64,000 nt of DNA from Octopus vulgaris (lineage: Eukaryota): the NCBI GenBank assembly GCA_951406725.2, contig OX597823.1:90334001-90398000 (forward strand). The letters are read 5' to 3'. Below, one piece after another: positions 1-13,985 of this stretch (the stretch's first letter is position 1; every line of letters begins with the position of its first letter). Under the pieces are notes generated by a model. That model was not told the DNA's origin, searched no databases, and was given only the letters and a program-made list of their open reading frames with translations. A program made the position numbers and the translations under genes.

Positions 1-570
1 TCTCCTTCAAAATAGTCACCTTGCAAGGCAATACACTGGTCCCAGTGTTCCTTGCCACTTTTGAAATCTGGTCTGGAAGTTGTTTTCTGTAAGTGAGTCG
101 AGGACCTTCTGTGATTTGCTCAGGATCTCAACAATGGTACTAAAACAGCAACCTTTAAGCTGCATTTTCATCTAGAGGAAGAGATGGGAGTCTGCAAGTG
201 CTAAATCTGGTGAATAAGGTGAATGTGGATGCGATACTTATTTCTTTATTACCCACAAGGGGCTAAACACAGAGAGGACAAACAAGGACAGACATAGGTA
301 TTAAGTCGATTACATCAACCCCAGTGCGTAACTGGTACTTAATTTATCGACCCCGAAAGGATGAAAGGCAAAGTTGACCTTGGTGAAATTTGAACTCACA
401 ACATAACGCAGACGAAATACCGCTAAGCATTTCGCCCAGCGTGCTAACGTTTCTGCCAGCTCGCCACCTTTTGTGGATGCGATACCATGTTGCTTCTGGC
501 GAAAGACTCACAAGTGAGGAACGCTCGCTGACAGGGTTCATTGTCGTCATTATCCCATTCTGGGTTGTCC
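1..570 (-). mobile_element. Decayed mariner-type transposase 3' part, interrupted by a SINE at 238-471
   Basis: After removing the SINE and one TSD copy, the minus strand translates as DDNEPCQRAFLTCESFARSNMVSHPHSPYSPDLALADSHLFL*MKMQLKG...FQKWQ/(frameshift)EHWDQCIALQGDYFEG. This matches the mariner HDNAPxH...PPYSPDLAPxD...GDYFE motifs. Confidence 0.9.
238..471 (-). mobile_element. SINE family C (head ggcgagctggcaga...; central tttcatcctttcggggtcgataaattaagtaccag) with 14-bp TSD
   Basis: TSD tgtggatgcgatac at 224-237 and 472-485. Homologous copies at about 4845-5105, 16525-16735, 27930-28148 and 53145-53563. Confidence 0.9.
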
Positions 571-1240
571 ATTTGTCTAAAGTTCTTCCTAGAAGTAAGA
601 CGAAATTTTTCATGTTCACTACCCTCACATGTCTTTGCCTGTATATCAGCTGATATTTCCAGTAAACATTGGTGCCTTGTTGTACCACCACTCTCTCTCT
701 CTCTCTCTCCATATATATATATATATATAATGTTCTATGATGGTAATGAGAGTTAAAATGAACTGAAAAAGGCAAAAACTAAATAAGTATATATAGTTTA
801 AACAATTGGCTGGGTGTATGTGCCTAGTTAACTCTCTATCTCTGTACGTGTCTGTGAGTGTATACATTATATATCCTCAGTTACACACCGAATTATAAAC
901 ACATCTATACATACACACATATATACATATCTATGCTCATGCATATATATATATATATATATGTATTTATAGACATGCACACACATACAAATACATAGCA
1001 CACACATACACAAACATACACAACAGGAGAGAGTGAGCGAGTGATATATGAACGCACACACATACACACATGTATATACATACACACATGCACACACTCA
1101 ATTTCTCACTTAGTGTTTATTTTTGCTGTTAGCAATCATTTTCTGCCAGTAAATTATTTATACTAAGCCATAATTCCATCCCCTCAACAACACACCAACA
1201 ACCCACACCTTCTCGACATTGAAATATAATTAAACATTTC

Positions 1241-1359
<119 letters not shown>

Positions 1360-1664
1360 GCGTCTGTGCTGAGTCTCCAAAAACTGCAAGCTTCTGCTGT
1401 GCAGTTCCTTTGTGGTGTGGAAATCTATTAGCTATTGTTTGACAACAGCACCATTATTGTTGTTGATGTGGTTGTTAATGTAGTTGTTGTTATTGTGTTT
1501 TGATGATGTTAATGGTCGTAATAGTGATGATGGTTATCACACCAATGGGAACTTTGGAAGAGGTTGGGCTATTTTCTTGTTGATGCTAATGGTGAAATTA
1601 CTCTGCCGTGTGTATATATATATTCATACACATTGTTTAATGTCTGCCTTCCATGCTGGCATGA

Positions 1665-2000
1665 TATCATCATCATCATCGTTTAACGTCTGTTTTCCAT
1701 GCTAGTATGGGTTGGACGGTTCGACTGGGGTCTGGGAAGCCAGGAGGCTGCATCAGATTCCAGTCTGATCTGGCAGAGTTTCTACAGCAAGATGCCCTTC
1801 CTAATGCCAACCACTCCGTGAGTGTAGTGGGTGGTTTTTACGTGCCACAGACAGAGGGGCCAGATGAGGCTGCCAAACGGCCACTATCAGTTGGTGCTTT
1901 TATGTGTCACTGACACGGACACCAATCACGCGGCGCTGGCATCTGCCACGTTCAGACGGTGCTTTTAACGTGTCACTGGCATGGGTATCTTAACTACAAT
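1665..2000 (-). mobile_element. Repeat family D (RTE-like 3' tail ending in (GAT)n; SINE or truncated LINE)
   Basis: Shared block gagtggttggcgttaggaagggcatccagctgtagaaac...ccgtccaacccatgctagcatggaaaacggacgttaaacgatgatgat recurs at about 14.7, 15.5, 19.0, 33.3, 38.6, 49.1, 54.8, 55.1 and 57.6 kb. Confidence 0.75.
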
Positions 2001-2145
2001 ATATATATATATATATACACACATTTACATATATACACATATACATATATATATATATTTATATATATATATATATATATTCTTACATATATATAAATAC
2101 ATCTATGAATACATATCTATGTAAATACATCTGTATTTACTTGTA

Positions 2146-2185
<40 letters not shown>

Positions 2186-2213
2186 AATTTATATATATCT
2201 TTGTTCATGTATA

Positions 2214-2246
<33 letters not shown>

Positions 2247-3073
2247 GCGTGTGTGTTTCCCATGTTTGCAAGAGTCAGAGTTTACTGAGGCAAATTTTCT
2301 ACACCTGGATGCCATTCCTGTTCCCAATCGAGATAATACTTCCCCACGGCCAGACATGTTTTTGCACAAGATTGCATATGAGTGACTCTCATTTATCTTT
2401 TACTTGTTTCAGCCATTGGTCTGTGGCCATGCTGGGGCACCACCTTAAAGTGTTTAGTTAAAGAAAATCGACCCCAGTGCTTAATTGTTTGAAAGTCTGG
2501 TATCTACTCTACTAATCTCTTTTTGCCATTACAGGGATGTAAACAAACCAACACTGATTGTTAACAGTAGGGGCTGAGACAAATGCAAATACACACACAC
2601 ATACATATGATGCTTTTGACTTTTTTAATCTGAAAGAATATTTACATGCTATTATTTATAACTTTATGTGCTTCAAGTTCCACAGTTAAGTATGAAAATA
2701 TCTATGCTGGGCTTCCACACAGTTTCCATGTCCCAAATTCACTCATGAGACATTGGTTAACCCAAAGCTATTATGAAAATCACTTGCCCAAGGTGCCTCA
2801 CAGTGGGGTTGAACTTGAAGCCACATGGTTGCAAAGCAAGCTTCTTAACCACATAGCCGTTCCTGTGACTATGCAGTAAATGAACCCTAATCTCCAGATC
2901 ACTGCAAAAATCTAAGACTTCTATGCCAACACCAAAGGAACTGGATGTCTGTCATCAACAGAAAATCTTCCATTTTAATAGAAACACAATCAGCCATAGA
3001 AGACAAGAGAAAGGTTTATGTCCACCATTTTCACTGTCTCATTTCTCTCACTCACCCCTCTCTTTCTCTCTCA

Positions 3074-3138
<65 letters not shown>

Positions 3139-3139
3139 G

Positions 3140-3523
3140 TGGAGGCGCAATGGCCCAGTGGTTAGGGCAGCAGACTCACAGTCATAGGATTGCGGTTTCG
3201 ATTCCCAGACCAGGTGTTGTGAGTGTTTATTGAATGAAAACACATAAAGCTCCATGAGGCTCTGGCAGGGGGTTGTGGAAGACCCTGCTGTACTCTTTCA
3301 CCACAACTTTCCCTCAGTTTTTCTTCCTGTTTCTCTTGTACCTGTATTTCAAAGGGGCCAGCCTTGTCCGACTCTGTGTGAAGCTGAATCTTCCTGAGAA
3401 CTACGACGTTAAGGGTACATGTGTCTGTGGAGTGGTCGGTCACTTGCACATTAATTTCACGAGCTGGCTGTTCCATTGATCGGATCAACTGGAACCCTCG
3501 TCGTTGTAACCAATGGAGTTCCA
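3140..3523 (+). mobile_element. tRNA-derived SINE family B
   Basis: Head ggaggcgcaatggcccagtggttaggg...ggtttcgattccc carries A/B-box-like motifs. Near-identical copies at 42552-42933 (-) and 46555-46914 (+). Confidence 0.88.
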
Positions 3524-3656
3524 CATATGAAAACAAGCAAGTTAAATATGCAAACAACGAGAAAAAAATTTGAAAACAGGACAAGTAACACACAGAATGA
3601 CCCTTCATCAGTTGTTGGCTGCCTATCTACTCCTCATTTTGAGCATTCAACAACAG

Positions 3657-3701
<45 letters not shown>

Positions 3702-3929
3702 TATGTATATATGAACGAATATACATACATATATTCATATAAGTATGTTTCTCCAATTGTATTTAAGTGGCTTATCACTGACAATTAACTAAGGTAATTA
3801 AAAGCAAATATTTTATGATAGATTAAATAGGTTTTATTAATGAGCTAGAAACTGATCTTTTAAGCATGTTCTGTCTGTACATGTAGATAGTATGAATGTG
3901 TATGTGTGTGCAATATATGTTCATATATA

Positions 3930-3964
<35 letters not shown>

Positions 3965-4073
3965 TTGTGTGTGTGTGTGTATATATATGTGTGTGTGTAT
4001 ATATACATATATGTGTGTGTGTATATATATATATTTGTGTGTGTGTGTATATATATATATGTGTGTATATATA

Positions 4074-4126
<53 letters not shown>

Positions 4127-4473
4127 TAAGCATATCTAAAAGATACCATCATGCTAGAGATAGCAGTCAAAACTAGACTCTAAGACCACATCAAATATTC
4201 ATACAGAACTAGGAGAGAAGACAAAGAGACAAAATAAACTAACAAAAAATTACTGAATTTTTTATTAGTTTATTTTGCCTCCCGGTACTGTATGAATATT
4301 TAAATCCGGTTTTAGAGTCAAGATTTGACTGCTATCTCTAGCAGGATAGTATCTTTTAGATACCCTTAATTATAATTTTAAGAATAATTATTATTTATGA
4401 GGTTTTTATTCCCATGCTAGCTACTTGATATGATCAGTATTTAAAAAAATGATCTTTTCCTTATTTATATAAA

Positions 4474-4513
<40 letters not shown>

Positions 4514-5153
4514 ACAGGCACACACACACATCATATGTATATATATTCCATATATATGCACTGATACATATTTGTATGTCTGTGTATGTGTATATGATGA
4601 TGATGATGATGATAATCGTTTTAATGTTCACTTTTTCATGTTTTTACTTGGGCCAGATGGAGTTCATAGAGGCAGATTTTTCTATAGTTGGATGCCTTTC
4701 CTGCCACCAACCCTCACCTATTTCCAAGCAAGGTAATATTTCCTCCATGGCTGGACATGTTGACAGAAAATTGGAAAGAAACGACAGTGACACTCATTAT
4801 TACACTCTTTGTTCAAGAGGCACAGTGCCAGAGATTTCAGGGGAATGGGGTAAGTGATTTTCATCGACCCCAGTACACAACTGGTACTTATTTTATCGAC
4901 CCCGAAAGATGAAAAGCAAAGTCGACCTCGGCACAATTTGATTTCAAAACATAAAGACAGACGAAATATCGCTAAGCATTTTGTCTGGCATGCTAACAAT
5001 TCTTTTCTACTCGAATTTTTGGGGGAGGGGGCCAGTCGATTAGATCGACCCCAGTACACAACTGGTACTTAATTTATCGACCCCGAAAGATGAAAAGCAA
5101 AGTCTAAGGATTGATAAATAAAGAGACAGATAGACAAATAGATGGGTAACCAA

Positions 5154-5208
<55 letters not shown>

Positions 5209-5332
5209 CTTAGAAGAGGATGTGTGGCGTTCAATCATATAATAATATAAATAATATATATATATATATATATAGGAGATGTACTTGCATAGCAAGTGAT
5301 TTGATCTGAGATCGTGTGCTGAAAGGAAAACA

Positions 5333-5611
5333 ATTGCAGCGTGGAAGGTGTTTGTAAGCCATTTAAGAAACACACAAAAGCCATTCGATTCACTTCAACA
5401 TTTAAGTTTAATTTGTCAAAATATTTTCGTCGCTTTAAGACCATGACCTGTTCACTGACAAAAATAAAAGGATGCAGCACGGATTTTTGTCAGTGAACAG
5501 GTCCCGGTCTTAAAGTGACGAAAATATTTTGACAAATTAAACTTAAATGTTGAAGTGAATCGAATGGCTTTTGTGTGTTTCTTAAATGGCTTACAAACAC
5601 CTTCCACGCTG

Positions 5612-5615
<4 letters not shown>
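5333..5615. repeat. Near-perfect inverted repeat (about 133-bp arms, 17-nt loop) inside a TA-flanked element (5272-5615)
   Basis: 5333-5465 is the reverse complement of 5483-5615, with 3 mismatches by manual count. A related rearranged fragment lies at 47645-47720. Confidence 0.95.
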
Positions 5616-5656
<41 letters not shown>

Positions 5657-5684
5657 TATATACAAACGTATAAACACATACATC

Positions 5685-5720
<36 letters not shown>

Positions 5721-6309
5721 CATATGTGGGCACAGGACGTCATGAAATGTGTCCAACAAAAAGGTACGATGTATGAGTACATGGAACATGAACTATTCTT
5801 TTCGAACAACAAAAGATACAAATGGAAAACAAAGCAAATAACATAAAGAACGACTCTTCATCAGTTGTTGGTTGTTTTTTTACTCTTGTATTTTGAGCAT
5901 TTAACAACAATATACGCTGCTTTCAATTAAACAGTTGCTCCCGCAAAACAAATTAAATAAAATTTTGGATTTTATGGAGGTTTAAAATAGGCAACACGAA
6001 CAGGACAGTGAAAACAAAGAAGAAGGGCTGCTAAGCCTAAACGAGGTTGTGATGGCGAATGCTTAAATCAAGCTTGGACAGGAGACAACAAGGAACATGT
6101 CTTCCTTGTTCCAGCTACAACAGAGAGAAAGAAAGAAACACAAGTTAGAAGAGAGAAAGACGGCGGATTGTCATGTGGGAGCCACATGAGCAAGGGAGGA
6201 GTGAGGGAGAGAGAGAGAGAGCGACAGAGTAATAGGATAGAAAAGTGGGAGAAGAGGAGGTAAAAGAATGAGAGAGAAAGAGAGAAAAACGAAAGAGTAT
6301 ATGTATATA

Positions 6310-6362
<53 letters not shown>

Positions 6363-6373
6363 TATTTATATAT

Positions 6374-6416
<43 letters not shown>

Positions 6417-7569
6417 GGATAGATACTTAACTATATAGACAGATGGATAGCTATGTAGATAGATATATATTTAGATAGATATAGATGGATAGATTGAGAG
6501 AGATCTATAGACTGAGAAATATAAAAAGTGTAAGATGTAGAACGTAGAGATTTATAACAGTTGTATAACACATGTGTGAAGGCATGCACGCACACACACA
6601 CACACAATTGTATAGTGTAGAAGTTTGCTGCCCGACTGTATAGATTCAGGTTCAGTCCCACTGCGTGGCACCTTGGGCAAGTGTCTTCTCAATCAAAACC
6701 TTGCGAGTGGATTTAGTAGGAGGAAACCGAAAGAAGCCTGTCATATACGAATATATATACATATATAAATGGTAAAGACTCCCTTTGATCATAAGTGACC
6801 ATGAGATTGCACCAAGAGATTTACCCTCCAAGGCACTAGACTGAACGAGGTTGTTTTATGGAAGATCAGCAGTTGCCCATGCATTTGTATGTGAAGGCAT
6901 GCATACTCACACACACACAAAAGTAATTTACGCATATTTTCGAAGGATTCCATTAGTGAATTTCCTACACCGAATCAACTTAGAATACTTCATGGCTTAC
7001 CATTTTAAAGTAAACCGAAAGAAACTCACATCATTTAACGAATATCAAATGGAAAAAATGAGAGATTTTTGTGTTGTGGTGCATGCTTGGTGTTGGATGT
7101 AGATATTCTTAAGTGAATTTAGATGTATGGAACTGTAGACATCATGGAAGAACATTATAACAATTGTTTAACACTTTCTAACAAAGATATATGCCATATT
7201 CACTTCCCATCAGTCCATTTGACTTTTCCTTTCAGTTTTTCTTCCTTTGTTATTTAAAGACAGTCAATATCGCAAAAAACATATAAACCAATATTTACAT
7301 ATAACTACATATATATATATATATATTCAATGATTGCATATATATTGATTATATATGCCATCATGATCATCATCAAAATCATCATCAGCATTTAATATCT
7401 GTTTTCCCTGGTGGTATGGGCTGCATGGCTTAGCTGGAGCAGATGAATCATCTGCGCTGTACGGTTTGAAATGGTTTCTACTGATGGATGTCCTTCCTAA
7501 TGCCAACCAGGCTGTACAGGGTGTGTGTACACACATACACACACACACACACATGTATATATATATGTA

Positions 7570-7606
<37 letters not shown>

Positions 7607-7627
7607 TTTTATCTGTATATATATATT

Positions 7628-7842
7628 TCTTTTATCTGTTTCAGTCATTTGACTGTGGCCATGCTGGAGTACTACCTTTAGTCAAACAAGTCGACCCCAG
7701 AACTTATTCTTTGTAAGCCTAGTACCTATTCTATCAGTCTCTTTGCCGAACCACTAAGTTATGGGGGCATAAACACACCAGCATCGGTTGTCAAGCAATG
7801 GTGTGGGGACAAATACAGACACACAAACTTACACACACACAC

Positions 7843-7889
<47 letters not shown>

Positions 7890-8018
7890 TCACAAGGCTT
7901 TGGTTGGCCCAAGGCTATAGTAGAAGACACTTGCCCAAGCTGTCACAGAGTGGGACTGAACCCAAAACCATGTAGTTGGTAAGCAAGCTACTTACCACAC
8001 AGCCAGCCATGCCTGCAC
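7628..8018 (-). mobile_element. tRNA/CORE-like SINE family A with internal (TA)n
   Basis: Matches the full-length copies at 20666-21080 and 43535-43955. Confidence 0.85.
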
Positions 8019-8125
8019 CTATATATATATATATAGGGAGAGTTTACGAAAAAAAACAAAAGATGAAGATAGGTGGTGTACAAAACAAACTGATGTATTA
8101 GTATAATGCTCAGAAATAGAAAAAG

Positions 8126-8163
8126 TCTTTTACGTTTCGAGCCTATGCTCTTCTACAGAAAAT
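8126..8163 (-). ncRNA. Minimal type I hammerhead-like motif (core variant CUGUAGA) in a short TA-inserted repeat
   Basis: Minus strand reads ttt CTGTAGA a GAGC atag GCTC GAAAC GTA aaag. Stem II is perfect, ACGT is palindromic, and stem I is ttt/aaa. Confidence 0.6.
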
Positions 8164-8217
8164 GTACATATGTATGTATCCTTAAATCCTTAAAAATGTT
8201 TTAGCCCGAAGGCCGCG

Positions 8218-8255
<38 letters not shown>

Positions 8256-9067
8256 TACGTATTTAGATATATATATAGTTACAGTGTTTTTATTATTAAC
8301 TTTTGAATTATGAAAATAATGTATTTCATTCATAATTATTATATTATTCGTTAAATTAAATTCAATCGTGTTTTGTTTTGGAGAGAATTGAATATAAAGC
8401 TTTCACTTTTATATTAGTAACTATAGAAGACTCGTGAAATTATTATTTGTATGGACTTAAAGATTGGTCGCTATTTAGTATATAATTTAGTGATTGTAGG
8501 TTTACTATTAATACCAATATGGATGTATATATAGATTTATGTGTTTCTTTGTTGTAGTTTAATTTTAAAGTGTTTAATCCTGCCTATATTTATATTGAAT
8601 GAACGTGGTTAATAAGCTTTCACTTTCATATTATACTATGAAAGACTGAAGGTTGCTGTTTAGTTACATATTTAAGAGTTAGTTATTGATTTATTTATTG
8701 AATTTTTTTACTGATATTTTTGTACATAGGGTTAATATGTTTGAAAGTTGTGGTTTCTTTGATATGTTTGTTCCCAAACAACACTTATTTTAGTGCTGTT
8801 CATTCCACCTGATTGATTGGTACTGCCCAGGTGTCGAAACCATAATGATATCCGTGGGGCAGCTGATGATGGAGGTGTGTTGGATTGTTGGTATGGCTGT
8901 TTTTGTATATGTGGAATAGTATTATAACACATCCTTTTGATATATATATATATATATATATATATACAGTTAATCCAAACATAAACAAAGAGAAAACGCA
9001 ACAATGTGAGGACGTGGAATAAGTATAGTGTTATTGGATGCTCAGGAAAGGAAAGAAAGAAGGAGGA

Positions 9068-9100
9068 TTTAACGTTTTGAGTGGAGCTCTTCATCAGAAA
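9068..9100 (-). ncRNA. Minimal hammerhead-like motif (CUGAUGA), decayed copy
   Basis: Minus strand reads ttt CTGATGA a GAG ctcca CTC aAAAC GTT aaa. The G of GAAA is mutated. It lies in a TA-flanked element at about 8965-9180. Confidence 0.55.
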
Positions 9101-10815
9101 CATAGGAAAAGGAAAGGTCCAAAGAAGGGAAGATGGAGAAAGAAAATCGCCAATGATACACACGCGGTCACATATCGAAAAATATATATATATTTTCCTA
9201 TATAGATTGTTTATATAAGAGAGAGATTATGCATACATGTGTACATACATATATGTTTCAACACCTAAACCAATATTGCCAAAGAATTCTTAATCTTTTC
9301 TTGTTTTCTGTTAAAACATAGACACTTTACACATCTTAATAGAAATTCATTGAAAGCAAGGTACAATCACTGTAAAAAGTTTGCTAGTTATACTGTTTCT
9401 GATTTAGATACAAAGCTAGCAACTTTGAGGAGAAAGGTAAGTTACTACTTTTAGCTTCAGTATTTGACTGGTTAATTTTTTAATTAATCCTAGACACAAT
9501 TAACCTGAGTAGAAATTGAACTTAAAATATGAGCCAAAAGGGGCTACGGTAATCTTAATCTCATAGAGTGGCACACTTAATCTGTTAGGGGTGTTAGACA
9601 TAATCTACCACTCAAATTGTCCCTAATTTCTGGTTCTTTGGTACCCTATAGAAAGCGGAACCTATTGCAATCACTCAGACTCCAACATGTCCGGTCTGTG
9701 ATAAAATAATAACCTAATATCTTGGTGTACAACAACTTCACCCTTAAGCCAGGTTTTCCTCTCTCCTCTTTTACCCACCAAGATGCATCAATGGGGACTG
9801 TTCTACCTTCTTCCTCTGCATTATAAACACATCTGAAGGTGCAGGACTTAGGGGCTAAGGAATTTGGCTCATGATTATAAGGGCGTGAGTTCGATTCACA
9901 GCAGTATATTGTGTCCTTGAGCAAGACACTTTATTTCATGTTGCTCTAGTCCACTCAGCTGGCAAAAATGTGTTGTACCAGTAATTCAAAGGGGCCAGCC
10001 TTGTCACATTCTGTGTCATGCAGAAACTCCCTGAGAACTATGTAAAAGGGACACTTGTTGCCATAACTAAAGGAGAGCCAGACCATGAAGACACAAAGAA
10101 GAGACGAGGCCCCAACTGTTAATTCACAAGATGGGTCAATGATGAACTAGTGGGAAAGCCTCAATGTGGTCGATTGATTTGCTAAATTTAGCAACTAAAT
10201 GCTCTCAAATACTAATTTACTATTTTTGTAAAGAAACACTTTGGATAATGTTGTCATCCAAAGCAGACAGGGAAAAAGATGAAATGGTCATGGATGGCAT
10301 GCATTAGATCATATGTCTGCTCCTTTAGGACTGACCCTGGGCTAAACAACAATAAGAGGATATTGATTAAAGGAGTAACATACAACCAAGTCAGAGTTTA
10401 AAAGCAAAAAAGTCATGAAAATTGTTGACACAGATTCATATAAAGTTTGTACAAAGAAACTCAATCTGACAATATTTAGATAGACAGACACACAGATACA
10501 CATAGGCATACAAAACACATGCAGTTAAACATACTAATACATACATACGCATCAAACACACATGGTATTATAACAATATGTATTGTGTGTATATGTGAAT
10601 GTATGTGTGTGTATATATATATAGGTATGTGTGTGTGTGTGTGTGTGAATGTATGTATATATATATACATATACACGTGCAAATAGGCAAAATATAATAT
10701 TTGCAAGCTGGAAAAATTTGAAATAAAAGTATTATAATTACATTATAATAATGCTCTGAATACCATATGTCTGACAGAATATAGATGTATATATATGTGT
10801 ATATATGTGTATCTA

Positions 10816-10854
<39 letters not shown>

Positions 10855-10992
10855 TGTTAGAAGCCACCATGGTGCTATCAAAAGCAAAAGTTCAAAAAAT
10901 GAAAAAGAAAATTAAAAAATAAACTTAAAATGTACGATAATTACATTATAATAATGTTTTCAATACCACATACTTGGGAGAAAAGTTGCATG

Positions 10993-11025
<33 letters not shown>

Positions 11026-11621
11026 TTATTAATATATATATATATATATATATATATGGATGTGTACATATATATATTAATCTGTGTAGAGTGTTATACT
11101 AATGTGTATGTATCAATGTCTATCTATGTATGTGTGTGTGTATATACATATGTTTGTACATATGTATGTATTCATCTGTCTTTCTCCTTATATGTGTATA
11201 CACCCACTCAAACACATACATTCATGCATATGTATTCGTACATAATACTTACATGCACACACATACACATATACACACATGACCATCATTACCTTAACAT
11301 ATGGAAATCAAGGTTTTTTTTTGTTGTTTTTACTCCCTTGGTCCAAGACATACGAAAAATATTAACTTGTTCTTTTACAAACTGTAAATAGAATCTTTCA
11401 CATTTCCTTATGTGCGTGCATACTTTTTTCTTTTTTTCCAGTCTCTTAGCAGGAGTTCACATATTATATTTCATTATCACATCTCCAATATTACCATTCT
11501 TTCAAAGAATTGTGATGAATCTTCAGAGGGTTCTGACAACCACACAATCTCCACATGTATAATTTTCTTATTTCATATCCCTCTCTCTATGTATAAATAT
11601 ATATGCATGAGTGTGTGTGTA

Positions 11622-11676
<55 letters not shown>

Positions 11677-12549
11677 ATGTGTGTGTATGTGTGTGTTTTG
11701 TCTTGTGTCTGATTAGCTGTTATGGTGAGATGGTGAGTTCTGATTGGCTGATAAAATGTGTTTAATATCAAAAATCTTAATGCATTCTCAACATGTTTGT
11801 TGAGGTATGTTCAATGTCGGTTATTAGAGTTGGACAGCATATGTTATCATATTTGGACTTTAAAAAAAATAATTCTCCATGGTTAGCTGGTGTCAATATC
11901 ATACATGTGCAACACATGTGGGACGCGTATGCATGTTTTATAGAAGGATTATTGTAAACAAATTTCTAGTGTGTTTTGTATGCTGTTTGTGTATTCTTGC
12001 CTTTGTCAAACTCTGTGATGTAACAGCTCTGTGTGTGGGTGTATAATTAAATTAAGCGGTTTGGGGGCTGGGGTGGGGGGTGGGGGAATATGTTGTTCTT
12101 ACGTGACCCATTTTCGTGACCTTGTGCTCTTTATTGAAGTTTTTAAAATGTTCAGATGATAATATTCAAATACGAACATTAATTCCATGAATCATCATTA
12201 GCACATTTGTTGTTAATGACAGTTTTGTTTTTAAAGCAGTGCATTTTGAATAGATAACGAGGTGGGGCAAGGGTGGGGCGGTGTTGTGGATTGTTAACGA
12301 GGGTCTGGGAACTGCCTTTACAAACATTTTTAATTGTTACACCAACATCACTGCTATGATAATCATCATCATCATCATCATCAATAGGCACAGGCATGGC
12401 TGTGTGGGAAACCGTTTTCTTCCCAAATGCATGGTTCTGGGTTCACTCCCACGGTGCAGCACCTTGAGCAAGTATCTTCTATAGCCTTGGGAAGACCAAA
12501 GCCTTGTGAGCAGATTTGGTAGAAGGGAACTGAAAGAGGCCTATCGTAT

Positions 12550-12601
<52 letters not shown>

Positions 12602-12614
12602 ATATATAAATGGA

Positions 12615-13985
12615 GTATATGGAAAGGAAAAATTGTAGGTGTAGACGATCTTTAATTCATAATCCAAGTTGGTACAGATCCAACATACACAAACATGCAG
12701 GAAGTAAATAGACACCTTTAATTTTCAAAATCTTTTTATTTAATACACAAAGCGAACAATTGAATTGTAATCGATGTATGTAGGACTACATACTTTAGTA
12801 TTTAGTTAGCATTTCCTTTGCAGTTTTTAATTCAGAAACTCTTTCTAGTATTGAACTGATGAGATTTGTGATTGTCTCTTGTGGAATTTCTGCCCACTTT
12901 TCACGTAACAATCAAAACAATTCATCTTTAGAGTTAGGTTTCTGTCGAATTTTTCCTATAGCTCTATCTAGTATACTCCTGGCTCGGCTAAGGAAGCTTT
13001 TTGATCCCATTTTCCATCAACCATTGTTGATTCCTTTTCGCTGTGTGGCTTGGAGCCCCATCTTCCATGAATAAAAACTCGTTTTCTGTTATGTTACTGT
13101 GTAAATACATCAGAAGTAGTCCTTGCTTAAGTATTTTGATGTATTTTTCAGGGTTTAAGATTCCAACACATTCGATCAGCACAGAATGACCATTGCTGGT
13201 GACAGCTCCTCATACCATCACAGAAAAACTGCTGTGTTTCACAGTTGGTTGGAGTCATTTTAAATCAAATTCTTGATTGAGAAGCCTCCAGACCCAACAT
13301 ATCCACTGTCTGAAAATAATGCAAATCTGGATTCATCTGAGGAAATCACTCTATCCCAAAATGAACTGGATTTTTCTGACAACTCCTTAGTCCGTTTCTG
13401 TCTTTTCGTGATATTAATTGTTTGAAGGAGAGGTTTTCTTCTAGCTGCTCACCCACAATACCAAAACTTATGCAGATATGTAACACACATTCTTGGTCTA
13501 ACTTCTAGCTGTTTTGCAATGTCAGAAGCCTTAGAACAGAGTTTGTTTTCCACAATTCTCTTCAAACGGCAGAGCTTCCTTTCTGAGGGCCCAGGTTAGC
13601 CAGGATGAAAATCTGTTGATTCTTTTCCTTGCCTTTTGAATTGCACTAAAAGAGGAATTCAAAGGTTTTTGGCAATTTTTCGCTGGCCAAGACCAGCCTC
13701 AGATTGACCAACAATACAACCTCTTTGAAAATCTGACAGTTCTGCTGAATTTTCTGTGCACGGCATGGTTACTCTTCGCAAATGTTTAATATAATGGTAC
13801 CTGGAATGAAAAAGAATAATTACATTGTAAATTCTATACCTCTGAAAACATGTTAAGCTGCTTAGATCAGAAATTTTGAAAATTAAAGGTGTCTATTTAC
13901 TTCCTGCATGTCTGTGTACATCTGAATGTATATTGGATTATGAATTACAGATCGTTTACACCTACAAATTTTCCTTTTCTTATAC
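12615..13985 (-). mobile_element. Tc1-family DNA transposon, near full length, decayed, with about 115-bp imperfect TIRs
   Basis: 12615-12731 is an inverted match to 13872-13985 (shared aggaaaa.ttgtaggtgta.acgatct.taattcataatcca and catgcaggaagtaaatagacacctttaattttcaaaat). A transposase pseudogene lies inside. Confidence 0.92.
12795..13766 (-). pseudogene. Tc1 transposase pseudogene
   Basis: Translates as [20 protein letters not shown] (HTH start)...SDESRF...LQPTVKH..SVMV*GA...FLFMEDGAPSHTAK...KLP*PSQ / ...WAEIPQETITNLISS...LTKY*. It has multiple stops, and the SPDLNPIE segment appears deleted. AATAAA lies downstream near 12735. Confidence 0.9.

Noticed and set aside
8830-8875. GAAAC and CTGATGA close together on the + strand
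   Set aside because: The available pairing (ctgccc/gggcag) does not fit any hammerhead topology.
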